64,000 nt of DNA from Peribolospora baueri. Taxonomy: Eukaryota. Of this stretch, positions 25,316-37,721 are shown piece by piece. The stretch spans positions 62,001-126,000 of the forward strand of contig JAMDHS010000004.1 of the NCBI GenBank assembly GCA_029717555.1, in the 5' to 3' direction. Both the position numbers and the translations under genes were made by a program. Position 1 is the first letter of the stretch, and each line of letters starts with the position of its first letter. Below the pieces are notes generated by a model. The model saw only the letters and a program-made list of their open reading frames with translations, did not search any database and was not told the DNA's origin.

Positions 25316-27764
25316 TCAGACGAACAGAGTGGTGTCGAGGCCGTCGCCACCGAAGTCTCGCACGAGGATTCGGCCGTCCTGACACGTGCTAAAGAGCGTC
25401 AAGTCGGAGAAGAGCAGGAGAAGGGGTGGAAAGGCGTAGAGAGGTCGACGGCAGAAAGGAAAGTGCGTCTAAAGTCAGCGAGGGGTCTGTGTTTTGCGCT
25501 TTTGCGATCGTTCCTCAATCGACCTACCTGACGATCCGGTTTGCGTCGAACTGGACATCGAACACGTATTTCGAGTGGCCCCTTCCAAAGTCCCTGATCC
25601 TGCACCCAGTGCGCATGTCCCACACCTTGATGCTGCGGTCGTAGCCGCCGCTGACGATGAGGCCGCGTCGAGAATCGAAGTCGACGGCTCGGACGAGGGC
25701 TAGGTGGCCGTGGAAGGTACGGAGGCACGCGGCTGTCGTCGCCGTCGTCGCTGTCGTCGTCGCCACCGGCGGCGCCGGCGGGAGGGATGTGAGCCCGTGC
25801 TGATCGCAACGGCCGAGACAGTCTTCGTCTTCGTCTGCGGCCGCGCAGACTTTGGTAGCGCGCCATAGCTTGAGGGTGAGGTCGTTGGAACCGCTAACGA
25901 CGAGGTCTCCGCGAAAGGAGAGACAAGCGAGGCCACGGTTATGCCCAACGAACGTGTAGAGCACCTCTCCCGTAGAGGCATCCCAGAGCATCATGCTACC
26001 GTCACCTGAAGCGGACACAACCTTATCGCCTTGAATAGAAGCCGCGTTGACAGGACCTTGGTGGGCTTTGAAGACTCGCGAGAAAACCGGTGCTAGGGGG
26101 TTGTCGAAGGAGCCTGGTCTTGTCGGCATACTTGCCGTACCGGATCCTCCGAGCGAATCCGGGCTCCAGGCAGAGACGGCCTTCCGTCTCCACACCCTCA
26201 CCGTCGCGTCCTTGCTACAGCTAACCACCCAATCGTCATTGAAGGCTACATCCAGGACGCCAGACGCATGTCCCTCGAGTTCCGCAACGACGACCTTCCT
26301 CTTCATATCCCACGCCAAACACCTACTGTCCGAGCTTCCGCTGACCATCAACTGCTCATCAAACTGCAGACAGAGCACAGAAGCGGTGTGGGCCTCGAGC
26401 GTGTCGAGGCACTCGCCCGTCATCACGTCCCACACTTTAATCGTACGGTCCCGCGAGCCCGTTATAAGGCGGCTTCCCGTCGCGTCGAGGCGGACGCAAT
26501 AGACAGAGTCGGTGTGGCCGTCCAGGTAGCGTTCCTTAGGCTCGAAGCCAATGGAGGTCGTACGATTTGATGACGCTCCTCCCGGTCGGCTCGTCCTTAT
26601 CGTCGTCGGCCGCGTCGTGTCCACCCTCAAAGCGCCAGCACCTTCTTCAGGCGTCGCAGCTCCGATCGGCCCGTCCGCATCTCCTCGATAGCCTTCTCCG
26701 TTGTCCCACCATCGCTTCTCAAGGAGAAACCGATGACGAAAAAGGTATGGCCAGTTGAGCTTGAGGGAGGCTTTGGGAGATTTTCGAAGCAAGGGGGACG
26801 GTATGGGGGAGAAGGAGGAGAGAGCGGCCGAGGAAGGAGAGACGGAAGGTGCTTGGGGGGAAGAGCGTTGAGTGGCTCGTCTTGCGGGGGTAGACCAACC
26901 AGTAGAGGGAGGTTGGACAGGTGGAGGGAGGGAGAGAGCGGGGTCGGTCTCCGACAGGGTGGAGATGGTGGAGGAGGAGGGGGAGTGAGAAAGGGAGATG
27001 GGAGGTGGTGGAGGCGAATCGTTGAGAACGGCAGGAGACGACGTGAAAAGGTATCTAAAAGATTCTGCGGGTCTGCTGTTGTTGAATCCTCTGGTCGAGG
27101 GCGAAGGGCTGGGAACATCAGCTCCGGTGCTGATCCTTGACCTGCCGCCGAGAGGAGAAAACGAGAGCGAGGCAATCTCGGGCAACAATAGATCGGTCAT
27201 CCGCCTCAGTCTGCCCGTGAATGCGCCAGACCAGGTGTTGACGGACGGCTTGGAGTCAGGAGTGGTAAAGGCAGTCTCGAGGGAGCTCGAGCTACGCCTC
27301 GAGGAACCGGCCATGGGATTAACAGAGGCAACAGCCAAGGCGTCCTTGCGAAGCGCCCATCCGCGCCGATGAAAGAGGTCTCTCCACACTACGTTGTCCA
27401 GCGCGAGCTTGTTCCAGGTGCGGCTGACGAGCGTGCAGGTCAGCACGTCGGGTAGGTCGAGGAAGAGGAGCGTATACAAGGCTACTTCGAAGGGGAGTTG
27501 CCCGAGCATGTCTGGTAAAGGAAGCAAGGGCCAGTAAGAAAAAGGCGGAAGGAAAGAAGACAGATTCGCTCCGGTTCTGCAAACGCTCTGGTGGCCGCAA
27601 AGGCGTCTCCCAAACCACTCACCGACTTTGACATCGCCATCTACCCAACAAGCCTCGTCGTCGATCGCCGCCTCCGTGCCCGAATGTGTAAGACCACCGA
27701 GCTTCAAGGCATTACTGGAGCCAGTGGCAAGTCCAAAGGCCACCGCCGTATCGGCGAGAGGCAT
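25316..27764 (-). CDS. F-box/WD40-repeat protein (beta-TrCP/Fwd-1-like SCF receptor)
   Basis: F-box LGQLPFEVALYTLLFLD...VSRTW..LA.D..VWR, then about 7 GH..WD repeats. The last exon STCQDGRILVRDFG ends at 25316. An acceptor-like CTTCAG just upstream of the ATG makes the 5' end uncertain. Confidence 0.88.
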
Positions 27765-28287
27765 ATTGGCAGCTGAAGGAGGAAGGTATGATGGTGGCCG
27801 AAGGATTCGAAGTGTCGGTTGACGACCACTCGGGTGGCCAGTGGGATCGGCCGCAGCAGTTCTCCATCAAATCTTATCGTCGATAAGCTACGTCATTCTC
27901 AGAACTGATTCCACCATCACACGACGGACAACTTTCGCCCTTCCCGCAGTTCCACAGAAGGAGCTCGGGCAGGAAGCAGAGCTAGTCGGTGCGATTGGTG
28001 AGACAGGTATTCTACGCAAGGCCGGAAGTCTATGGAAGGGAAAGTGGGCGAGACGTCTTCGATCGTGCGGTCGACGGGCCAAGCATTCTTCGGCCCATTG
28101 CTCGGAAAGCAAAAGAGTTGACAGCTCGCAGCCGCTATTTCGAACAGGTGAAGGACCAGGAAAGACGAAGAAATCGAATGATGCGAGAGCAGAAAGACCT
28201 CCCAAGGTATGGGTATATGGCTGGTCAAAGAGAGAGAACCCGCCCACTTTAACTGACACTCTCCGTCTAGTAAAAGGTATACTAGTA

Positions 28288-31200
28288 TCACTCGTCGACG
28301 ATCCGGTCCTTGAGCCATGTCAAGAGTCCTCTTGTCCCTGCACGAGTTGAGATGGGCAGAAAGGAGAAAACGACGGGTTCGCAACGTCAGTTGGCTATCA
28401 GAACAGACTGCCTGTCCATAGCGCGAGGGGGATTGCGAAGCATTCAGCCCTTGCTTCAACTCGAGCTCACCTCCCTGCTCCCATACCTTCCTCTGTGGGA
28501 TGCGGAACACGTTCCCGTCGACGAGAAAGGCCTCAAGACGGAGGAGACCGAGGTGCGGCGGGAGCTGGAAGGAAGCATAGTGGAGGTGGACGGAGAAGGG
28601 AAAACGGAAAACGAGGGGAGAAAAAAACGGTCAGAACTAGCCGTGTATGGCTCCCCGAGAAAAGACAGTCGATTCAGAGTTAGGAATGCCATGAAATCCG
28701 GTCGCTCGCGCTCACCTTGGAGATCTCACAATCCCTCACGTCCACTTCCTCGCACCTCCATAAGGCCGGCTGCTCTCCCGTCTCGTCTACCCCCTTCGCA
28801 ACCGCCGCAAGTTCGTCCAGCGCCGTGAGGCCTTTGTTGCCGGCGAGACGGAGGACACGCAGACCTCGACGAGATGTACCGATGGTGGCTGTCTCGGAGT
28901 CCGGCATGTGTAGGCCAGGGGCGAGGAGGACAGAGACACCGGAGAGAGAAGAGAGCGCGTTGTAGCTGAGGTCCAGCAAGGCCAGAGAGGGGAAGACACG
29001 GGCCAATTCTTCAAAAAGGCCTTCTGATGACTCTCCTCCCGCCTCGCCACCGCTCGTTAGCGCGTTCTGTGCGAGTACGAGCTCCTCCACCAAGGGAAAA
29101 GCTGTAGATTCCAACCTGCCCAGGTCCAACAGTTTCAGCTTGTTTTGAGACAAGTCCAGCTTGCGCAGGGAGCTGACCACATCCATCTGCGGAAGCGTAG
29201 AGAGGACGGGCAAGATGGGGGAAGAGAGCTTGTTGCGGGACAGGTCGATGGACGTCGGCGGGGGCTCGAGACGGATGGAGGAGGCGGCGGGGAATTCGGT
29301 GAGGTTCTTGGATGAGAGATTGAGGGCACGCGTCGAAGCGGTGTAGTTTTGCTGGACCAAGGACAGTTGGGCGTCTGCTGATTCGTCGTCACCGGTAGTC
29401 GACGCAGAGGCGCCGATTCGGATAGGCTGTCCGTCGCTGACCGGTTTGTTCTCACGCCGCGAGGCAGCAGGCCCAGGGGCGTCATCCCATGCCCCCAATC
29501 CCCCCCCTCCGCCACCGTTCTTCACCTCGTCAACCCTGCTTCTCGCGAACCCTCGCCGACCCGTCCTCAGCGTTGGCGCACCTCCACATCCCCCGAGGGC
29601 TCCCCATTCGTCATCCACGTCCGTCTTCGCGGCAGGTATACGCCCATCTCTCCCACCACCGATAGCCGCCTCGTCCGCAACGACTCCACCTTGGGCGGCA
29701 GCGGCCTCGCTCTCTCTCCGCGCCTGTAGAGCCCTCGCCCGCCGCTTCGCTCCCTCGGTGAGCAGGCCCGCCTCCGCCTCGATCTCCCATTGCTCCTTCT
29801 GCACCTCCTTCTTCCTCGGACCTGTTGCCGTCTTGGTAGGCTCATCCGCCACTTGCCCAACCGATCCAGAGAAATCGGAGGAGTCGGCAGGCGAGGCGGA
29901 GACACCCGGCCGGCGCTTGTTGCGGAAAGTCTCTTCACGAAGCGGGTTGCCCTCTAGTTTGACGGCCACTTCCCTCTTAGACGACGCTTCTCCGCCCGCT
30001 TCCGCCTCTCCTCCCTTCGCACCGAAGGTGGTTTGGACCGGCGTTACGCCGCCACTTCCGCCCGGCCCTTGTCCCGGCTCGGCGATGATCGCCACCCTCT
30101 TGAGGTTCGCGGGAGGAGACATGCGCTCCGAAAAAAAGGATGTGAGGGGGAGGAGCGAGTCGATCTCATTTTTCGCCAGGTCGAGCTGGTGTAATGAGGG
30201 AAAGAGTGCTGAGGCGTCTTTGGCGGCGTCGGTAGGCGCAACAGCGTCAAACACCTCATCCGTGAGGAAGTTGTCCGCCAGTCCGATCGTCTCCAGCGAC
30301 GCGAGTCTGCCGAGAACGTTGCTTGGGAGCGGGGAGCGCAGCCTACACCCAGCCAGACCGAGGTAGGTTAGTCTGGACGGGAAACCTGTGAATTCGTCTT
30401 CCTGGCCGCTCCCTGCCTGTTGGCCATTGAACAAAGCGTCCTGGCGGAGAGGATTGCCGCTGACAAGGAAGACGCGGAGGCGGGGGAAGGGAACAAGGGA
30501 ATCTTCCCCTTCTCGTTCCTCCTCCTCTTTCTTTCTCGCCTCATCCTCGCTCGCCTGCCTCCTACCTTTCCTGCTGTCGTCTCTCCCCAATGCGTCCCAA
30601 ATCGACCCGCCAAAACCTCGCGCTCCATCACGCTCCTCCTCCTCACGCCGCTTCTTCTCCTCCCTCGCCTCTCGCACTTGCGCGCCCGTCCAGAGCGAGA
30701 TCAGCTGGTTATGAGAGAGGTCAAGGAAGGTGAGAGCGGAGAGAGTAAGAATGGGAGACGGAAAGGCGGTGAGGGAGTTGTTAGAGAGGTTGAGATGGGT
30801 GAGGAGCGAAAGGCGGGAGAAGGACGCTGGCAAGGAGGAGAGCTTATTTGAATGGAACTGAAGTGCCGTGCCATGGACACGTAAGAAAGACAGTCCCCAG
30901 TTAGTCCGTTCAGTTGGACAACATTATATGAGCTCATCATGAAGTTGGACTGAAGGGGCGCAAAGAAATTGCGCACTCACGTCCACCCTCTTCAAAGCCG
31001 TCAAGTCACCGATTTCCTCCTCCAGCTCCTGGATCTCGTTGTTGCTAGCCGCCAAACTGACCAGATCCACACATTCATACCACGCCGCTCGAGCAGGGGC
31101 GTCTCCGAAGCGTGGATCGGAAGGCAGAGGGGGCGGATCGGAGGAGCGGTCGAGGAGGACGGCGAAGAGATCGGAGGGGAGACGAGCGAGGGAGCGCGCG

Positions 31201-31611
31201 GAGATGTTGAGGCGGCCTGGGTGGAGCGGGCGTGCAAGGAATGACCATCAGAGCAACAAAGCAGGAGAAGCTGTCAGCAGGAGAAGCAGTCGAGCCTGTG
31301 CGTAAACCGAAGTGTCACGACGAGTCGTTTTGCTCACCGCTCGTCCTTGCTTTCTCCACAGCCCAGCTAACCGGTCGCGCTCCACCGGCGACCTGCCCTT
31401 CCGCCCCACTCTCCTCCTTCGTGGCCCCTCCGGCAGCGGTGTTTGGGCCGCGAAAGCGCGGCGCGGACACTTCGCTTAGATCCTCGTCGTTGTTACGAGA
31501 CGCTGAAGAGGAGGCGGCGGCCCTGGCGGCCGCTCGTCTGGCAGCGAGAGCCTCGCGAACCGAAGAGGAGGCGGAGGCGGAGGCGCCACGTCGAGCGGGA
31601 GTGCCGGGCAT
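28288..31611 (-). CDS. Leucine-rich repeat protein (LRRC40-like), 5 exons
   Basis: Contains EKARTS|GRLNISARSL, many LxxLxLxxNxL repeats, LPPHLGLLRL...DGNVFRIP and a C-terminal GTRGLLTWLKDRI. Confidence 0.85.
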
Positions 31612-32076
31612 CCGGTCTATGGAATTATTTCGAAAAAAGAGAAAGCGACGATCTGGACGTGTGTGCGATGGCAGATGGGGCTGTCGAGCGTGCAAACGAG
31701 CGAGGGACAACGCCAAGCTGTCTTCGCCGCCGCTCTGGTGGTTGTTGCCGACGATCGCTTGCGCGGCAGGACGCGTCGAAGTCCGGCAGGGGGTCCAGTA
31801 AGGACACGAACGCACACGTGGCCGTGCGGCCTTGCTTCTATGTACTGTATATACACGCTTGGTCAAGTCGAGATCGATGAAGCGACAGAACGGTGATGGC
31901 ATTGCTGGTTGGGTTGCCCCGGAGACGACGGAGTGGCTCACGACAAGAGCAAGTGACTGCCGCCAGCTGTGCCTCCCAGCGTTCGCCCGCCGCCGCAGCA
32001 TCTCGACGATCACATAAATCCTTCGACGTTCACCCACCGACCGTCCTTTTCACGACGATGGCCCGCTTATGATGTG

Positions 32077-34596
32077 ATGCTCCCATACTCTCTCAGTCGG
32101 CGTTCGTCGGCTCCTTTCCGCCGTTTTCTCCATTTCCCGAGCCCTGCGCCGGCGATCCGGGGTGCCCATGCCGTCTCTGCCCCCTCGGGGACGGGACATC
32201 AGCATCGTCGGTTCGACCGGCTTGAGCCGTCCAAGGAGACCCAAGAGCCGACCGCCCATGTTACATCGACTTCGAAGTCCCCTCTTAGTCAACACGTCAT
32301 TCGCTCCCAGACCGACCTCCTTAAAGAGATCAACCGCCTCCTGCGCGCCGGCCGCGTCGTCCCCGCCCTTGACGTCTTCAAGGCCTTCGTCAACACCCCC
32401 GCTCGCGCAGGCTGTCCCCCCAACCCACAACTTTACGAGTGGGTCCTCAAGACGTTTGCGGAGCTTAGGAGGAGGCCGAATTTCCAACCTTCCGCATTTA
32501 GCCTTGCGACGGCCTGGACGCGGGATGGCGTGGGAGCCAAGCCCACGTTTCTCGGCGAATGGACTTTCGAGGCGAACGCGAGCGACTCGGATGCAACGCT
32601 CACGGTTACGAAGACCACTCCAGCTCTCTCCATTGAAGAGAGCGCCGGCTCTACCGTTGAAGACAACGCCGACATCCAGGATTTGGTGGGCCCACCTCAT
32701 CCTGTAGTCGCCGCACATGACCTCGCCTCCTGCGTCACTGAGCTGTGGGACATGCTCCGCGAAGCCGGATACAAGCCCTCTTCGCGAGCCACTAATTTCG
32801 TGCTTTCCGTCATCGGCCCTCTGATCACTCCCGACGGTCTCGTTGGGGCTTCCCAGAAGGCGCTCGAGGCCAGCGAGGAACAAGTCAGCGAGCACCTGCT
32901 AGCTACCATCGTCGTCCTGCTCGGGCGAGCGGGCCGAGCCGGCATGGCGGAGAAACTCGTGATGGACTGGTCGATGCAGACGAGTTCGTCGCACTCAGGC
33001 GAAAGCGCGAAGCTGTCTCTGAGCATGGATGAAGTGCAGCCAAACGACGACGGCGGCGTCGCAGACACCCCCAAACGGATCCCGTCAGATATTTGTACCG
33101 CGCTCATCCGCGCCTACGCCATCTCGGGAGATTTGGCATCTGCGCGCAGGTGGCTGTTCAAATGGAGGTCTTGGTACATTCTCTCCGTGAACAACAGTTC
33201 CTGGATGATTCCTCCGCAAGAGCTCTCTACTCGCCAGCGCTGTGCGCCCTATCTCACCGTAATCGCCGCTTTTGACGCCTTGGGCTCGGCCCGCTCGTCT
33301 GCCCGTCAGATCTACGAAGTCCTCGGCCTGCTCGAGAAAGATCGCGTGCTCCCCACGCTCGAGCTCCTCAACGTTGTCCTTGACTTCGAGGTGCGCAGAC
33401 ATAGGTTCGACTCGGCCGAGAAGATATTCAATCGAATGATGTGCATGGGATCGGAGCAAAGCGCAGCTGATCGGTTTACTAGACGGACCCCGCGGAAGCG
33501 TGGATGGAAGGGCAGGGGAAATCCCGGGGACGGCATTGCCGCGCTCATTCCGGACGCGTACACTTTCGCCACGCTGTTTCGCATGCACGAACTCAGAGGA
33601 CGAAGACCATATCGAAAGCACGAGTTACGAGATACGACGGCCGGGTCGCCACCCGCACACGCGCCCTCTTCGTCATCAGGCGGTCCCGCCACGGAGCCAG
33701 GATCATCAGCGCCGGCCAGCTGGGTGCCAGACATTTCCACTCCTCGGTCCGTCCTCCGCTTGCTTCTCTCCACGGTCCCGCCACCGTCGATGGTCTTTAC
33801 GCATCGCGCAAGGACTAAGCTATCCCCAAGTCGCAGTCCGCTGAATACGTCGGTCATCAACGCCTCCCTCTCCGCCTTTCTCGCCCACGACGATTTCGCA
33901 GGCGCCCTTTTCGCTCTCACACTGTTTGAGCGCTTGCGCTGGCCCGGCGTGCGATTTGATGAGGGGACGCATTTTGCCGTCGTCGAGGGCGTCGTTGAAG
34001 CTTGGGGTCGGAAGGCGGAGCGAGAATTCGATGCGGACGAAGCGTTGGCAGACGACGCCGCGATAGTGGAGGGAAATAGGTCCAGAGGGAGGCCGTTCCG
34101 GAGCGCGACCGACCGACGACGAGAGCTGAGAACGGCGGTCGCGAAGCGCACGGAGGAGGTCGAGCAGGGCAAGTTGGAGCTGCTCTTGGCCATCCTCGAT
34201 AGTCGGCAGTCGCGGCGACGACGGACGGCAGGAGAGAATGTTACCACCGAACGGGGATTTCCTGACCGGTCTCCGACGCCTGGATTTCGTCGAGGATCGG
34301 CGGCGACGTTCCTTTCGTCTCATGGAGAAAACGGGACGTTACAAGACAAGCTGCGAGCCGAAGTGTTGGCCGACGTACGAAACACGTCGTACATGTTCTC
34401 CCTCCTGGAGCGTCTCGCTCTCAGACAGCTACAGATCCCTCCCGACCCGCGAGACGGAGACGTTGATGTCGAAGTTGCGGGCCGCGCTCAGAGGAACTTG
34501 GTCATGGAACAAGTGGCGAAGCAGGTGTTGCCTCCGGAGTGGCAGGAGTGGTGGTGGACGGGGGACGACGCTGCTGGGGCGCGGTGGAGCGCCTGA
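32077..34596 (+). CDS. Intronless helical-repeat protein with degenerate PPR-like motifs, probably mitochondrial
   Basis: About 840 aa with an Arg/Ser-rich N-terminus. PPR-like segments include ICTALIRAYAISGDLASA, PTLELLNVVLD...FDSAEKIFNRM, PDAYTFATLF and INASLSAFLAHDDFAGAL. Confidence 0.65.
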   Translation: MLPYSLSRRSSAPFRRFLHFPSPAPAIRGAHAVSAPSGTGHQHRRFDRLEPSKETQEPTAHVTSTSKSPLSQHVIRSQTDLLKEINRLLRAGRVVPALDVFKAFVNTPARAGCPPNPQLYEWVLKTFAELRRRPNFQPSAFSLATAWTRDGVGAKPTFLGEWTFEANASDSDATLTVTKTTPALSIEESAGSTVEDNADIQDLVGPPHPVVAAHDLASCVTELWDMLREAGYKPSSRATNFVLSVIGPLITPDGLVGASQKALEASEEQVSEHLLATIVVLLGRAGRAGMAEKLVMDWSMQTSSSHSGESAKLSLSMDEVQPNDDGGVADTPKRIPSDICTALIRAYAISGDLASARRWLFKWRSWYILSVNNSSWMIPPQELSTRQRCAPYLTVIAAFDALGSARSSARQIYEVLGLLEKDRVLPTLELLNVVLDFEVRRHRFDSAEKIFNRMMCMGSEQSAADRFTRRTPRKRGWKGRGNPGDGIAALIPDAYTFATLFRMHELRGRRPYRKHELRDTTAGSPPAHAPSSSSGGPATEPGSSAPASWVPDISTPRSVLRLLLSTVPPPSMVFTHRARTKLSPSRSPLNTSVINASLSAFLAHDDFAGALFALTLFERLRWPGVRFDEGTHFAVVEGVVEAWGRKAEREFDADEALADDAAIVEGNRSRGRPFRSATDRRRELRTAVAKRTEEVEQGKLELLLAILDSRQSRRRRTAGENVTTERGFPDRSPTPGFRRGSAATFLSSHGENGTLQDKLRAEVLADVRNTSYMFSLLERLALRQLQIPPDPRDGDVDVEVAGRAQRNLVMEQVAKQVLPPEWQEWWWTGDDAAGARWSA

Positions 34597-34871
34597 TGCC
34601 TGTTGATCGGTCCTGTTCTGTTCGTAGAGCTCGAGACTCTTTCATCGCATCTGTAAGATATGTGAAGCGAACATACGGCCAACACCGACGACGCTCCTTT
34701 CCTCACCCGAACCTAGGCCCGCTCTCAATGTGGAATGGAAACTGAGCTCTTCTCAAAAGCCGCCCCTCCAAAGCAGGACAGTAGCCCTCGGTCCACGCCA
34801 AGTGGCGCGCCCGCCTTCCCATCTCGACTCTTCCTCCTCGACAACGCTGGCCAATCTAGCGGCGCTGACGC

Positions 34872-36361
34872 TCACGCTGATGCACTCGAACGCGAGCTTC
34901 TGGCTCGGCGGTGGTGGAGGCGGGTAATTGGCGGAAAGGGGGTCATCCGGATTGGGATGTGAGGGACCGTCGTTCGTGCCGCCGTCGGCGGAATGGTCGT
35001 CGTCGCGCGGAGGAGGCGCGAGGCAGCGTATGAGGACGACGCACGAAGGTCCGTCGATCTCGAGCGTTCGCAGATGTCCTTCCGGTCGGCCTTCTTCGAC
35101 CTCTTTGCTCTCCACATCATGCGCAGCCTCCCGGACGCTTTGGCGTTCGGCATCCTCTGAAGCACACATTTCTTCGCGTTCCGGGAACCAGGCTTTAAAC
35201 ATCTGAAGTGAGGACGAGTCCAGAAACGGTCGCGCGTGGAAGCGGTTAGGGCAGGACATAAGCATCGGCAGCTTCGGCGCTCCTCTGAGCTCACTCTCTC
35301 CAATCCCTCAGCCACCCTAGTTTCCAATGCCACGGAAGTCTGCCAGAGGCTGAAGGAGACATCCCTCGCATCCTTGTTGGCGCTCCTGGTCCTCCCCCGT
35401 CTCAGGGACAGCTTGAGCAGCCAAGTCTCGAACGAGTCATACTCGTCGATGGAGCACTCGTAGCGCGCCGTGGGGAACCTTGCTTCGCTCGCTTTGCGTC
35501 GGTCTCTACCACGGGGCGGTGAGCCAGCCGTAGAGTGACCAGTGTTGAGCGTTGGGAAGGCGGTATTGGTGGCGTCCGTAGGCGGACTGGCTACATCGAA
35601 GCCTTCATGCCCGCGCTGAGCGGAAAATTGCTCAGTGACGTTCACAGCAGCCGAGCTTTCTGCACCGGAGCTTGCGCTCGCGTCTCCTGGAGCAACAGGT
35701 TCGATCCTCCTCTCAGTCGGCGGCCAAAATACGTTCAAAAATGGTCGCCATTCGGGCGCCTCTCCGGGCGCAGCGCGGGTGGGCCGCTCCGCATCGAAGA
35801 CAAAGTGAGCAAAAGTAGTGAATGCCGATGCCGGCGTCCAGGACTCTCCAGGAACTACCTCTGGCGCTTCGCCTCGTTCGGTGGTGGACGTCAGAGGGGA
35901 AGTCGAGTTGGAGGTAGAAAAATGGGAAAAGCGGAGACGGTGCTTCGAAGGGTTGGCATCGATCGGTCGGCGCGCTTCGAACTGGGTCGCGAGACACGAC
36001 GGGGAGGCAGTCGAAGGACATGTAGATATGGTCACAACGTCATAAAAGCGGACCTATATCAGCCCCGTAGGAGAGTTGAGGCTCTCCTCCATCGCGGACC
36101 TCTCTCACCCACCTGCAGGCCCACAGCTTGCCGGTCCGAAGCGTCGTTATCGGTGCCCACCCACGCAACGATACTGGACCGCACGCGCGAATCAACCAAG
36201 CGAGCCAGGCGCCTACAGGTTAGGGCTACGGTGCTGACAAGTACTTTGACGGGCAGGAACCCTATAATATGGAGAAGGAGCTCTGGGGGCAAATCCAGGA
36301 GGTCTAGCGGTGGCCGGAGCCCCTGACGGGCGAGCTCAAGTTCCGTGTCGTGCATGGCCAT
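34872..36361 (-). CDS. F-box protein with unrecognised C-terminal region, 2 exons
   Basis: N-terminal LLDLPPELLLHIIGFLP......VALTCRRLARL F-box. A GTGGGT...TATAG intron joins it in frame to the long exon 2 (VRFYDVVTISTC...). Confidence 0.75.
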
Positions 36362-37721
36362 GGCGGGGAGTAATTGGAACTTGGGAATGCCGAGCGTGAT
36401 ACATATGTAGCGGGTCAGCAACCTCGTCTAGCTTGATGGAGAGATAAAAAGGGGAGCACCGGATGGGACGAAAGGTGAGCTGGGCGACGACCATATGCGG
36501 AGCTCGATCACCTTTCGCTTATCATCTGCCGCAGCAGTGACGACGACGACTCGAAAAAGCTCGCCGCCTCCGCTGCCTCCCATCATGTCGCACAAGTCTG
36601 GTAACGAAGCGCGCGTGGCCTGCACCATCCCTTCACTTTCAAGTACGCTTCTCTTGGTTCCTGAGGTCGTCCTTGGTTATGACCGTCCGCTCGGGTCGGG
36701 TTGCAGCTGCATATGTAGGCACCGGGCGCTCGCTTCGGTAGCACTTCTGTTGACCCGTCCACATGGCATATCCGGGCCGGGAACGGAAGCTCTGGGCGAA
36801 GAGACTAAACAGTCAATACCGAAGCTCCAGCATTCCTGAACTTTGCACTATGTCCCTGGGCACTTGACTAGGCTGGTCAGGGATATCGATGGCAGTGACG
36901 AGCGCGCGCAGTTCCTGTACTCAGGAACACGTGTTCTCTGTCCGGCCCTTACCCGTCGCTTTCAGCCGCCGGCCCGACATGCGCGTTGTGTATGAAGGTC
37001 TTCGTGCACGTTCCTTCGTGGCGCAAGTGAACGGTTCCGGCCGTCCAGCAGAGAACGCTCCCGCAAATGGACCCGAGCAGCGAGGGCAATGCCATGCCTC
37101 GTGCTCACCTTCTCCGTCCAATTTCTCCCGTCCCCTTTGTAAACGAGGCGAAATGGTATACTGGCGCGCGTGATCTAGACGAGAAAGCGCTGACGCCGAC
37201 ACCGACCAACAGAGCGAAGGCGTGTCTTGCACGCTGTGCCGTGCGGTTCGTCGCTAGTCAGAGTCAATTGCAAATGCGGCGCGACTTACCCTTGTCCTGC
37301 TGAACTGTAGCTTTTCTCAGGAGGGTCGGGTGGCAAAAGGGTCAGGTTGCCACCCGACAATTCCGTTCTTTCATCCTTCAAAATTTTTCCCCCTTACACG
37401 TCGCTCAACCTACAAGGAATACGCCGCGAGCGAAGGGGAGACAACAGGTCCGCCAATCGGTTGAAGGGGGCGGAGAGAGAAGCGAGAGGGCGTGGGGTCA
37501 AGGCATGGCAGGGCGAGGCGAGGAAGGATCAAGGGTATCGACGTCCGCAAGATGGGGGAAACCGAGAATCGACGACATCGCGTCACATGCAAGAGTACAC
37601 GAACAAGAGGCCAAAGGAAGCATGGAGAACGGAGGTGTGAAAGCGGTGGAGGACGAGACGGCAAGAGGGGCAATCGCGCTGCGCCAGCGGGAGTCTCTCT
37701 GCGCAAGGAGGAAAGGGCCTT

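Noticed and set aside
27512..27622. In-frame, stop-free 111-nt intron in the F-box/WD40 gene (similar 108-nt case at 59360-59467)
   Set aside because: The splice sites are canonical GT-AG, and stop-free 3n introns are expected by chance at this GC content.
30903..30951. ATGATGA...CTGA with a short terminal stem in LRR intron 2 (minus strand)
   Set aside because: The boxes are only about 20 nt apart, too short for a C/D snoRNA.
36428..37700. Small ORFs between the F-box and GAF-like genes
   Set aside because: I could not build a coherent spliced model and saw no recognisable motif.
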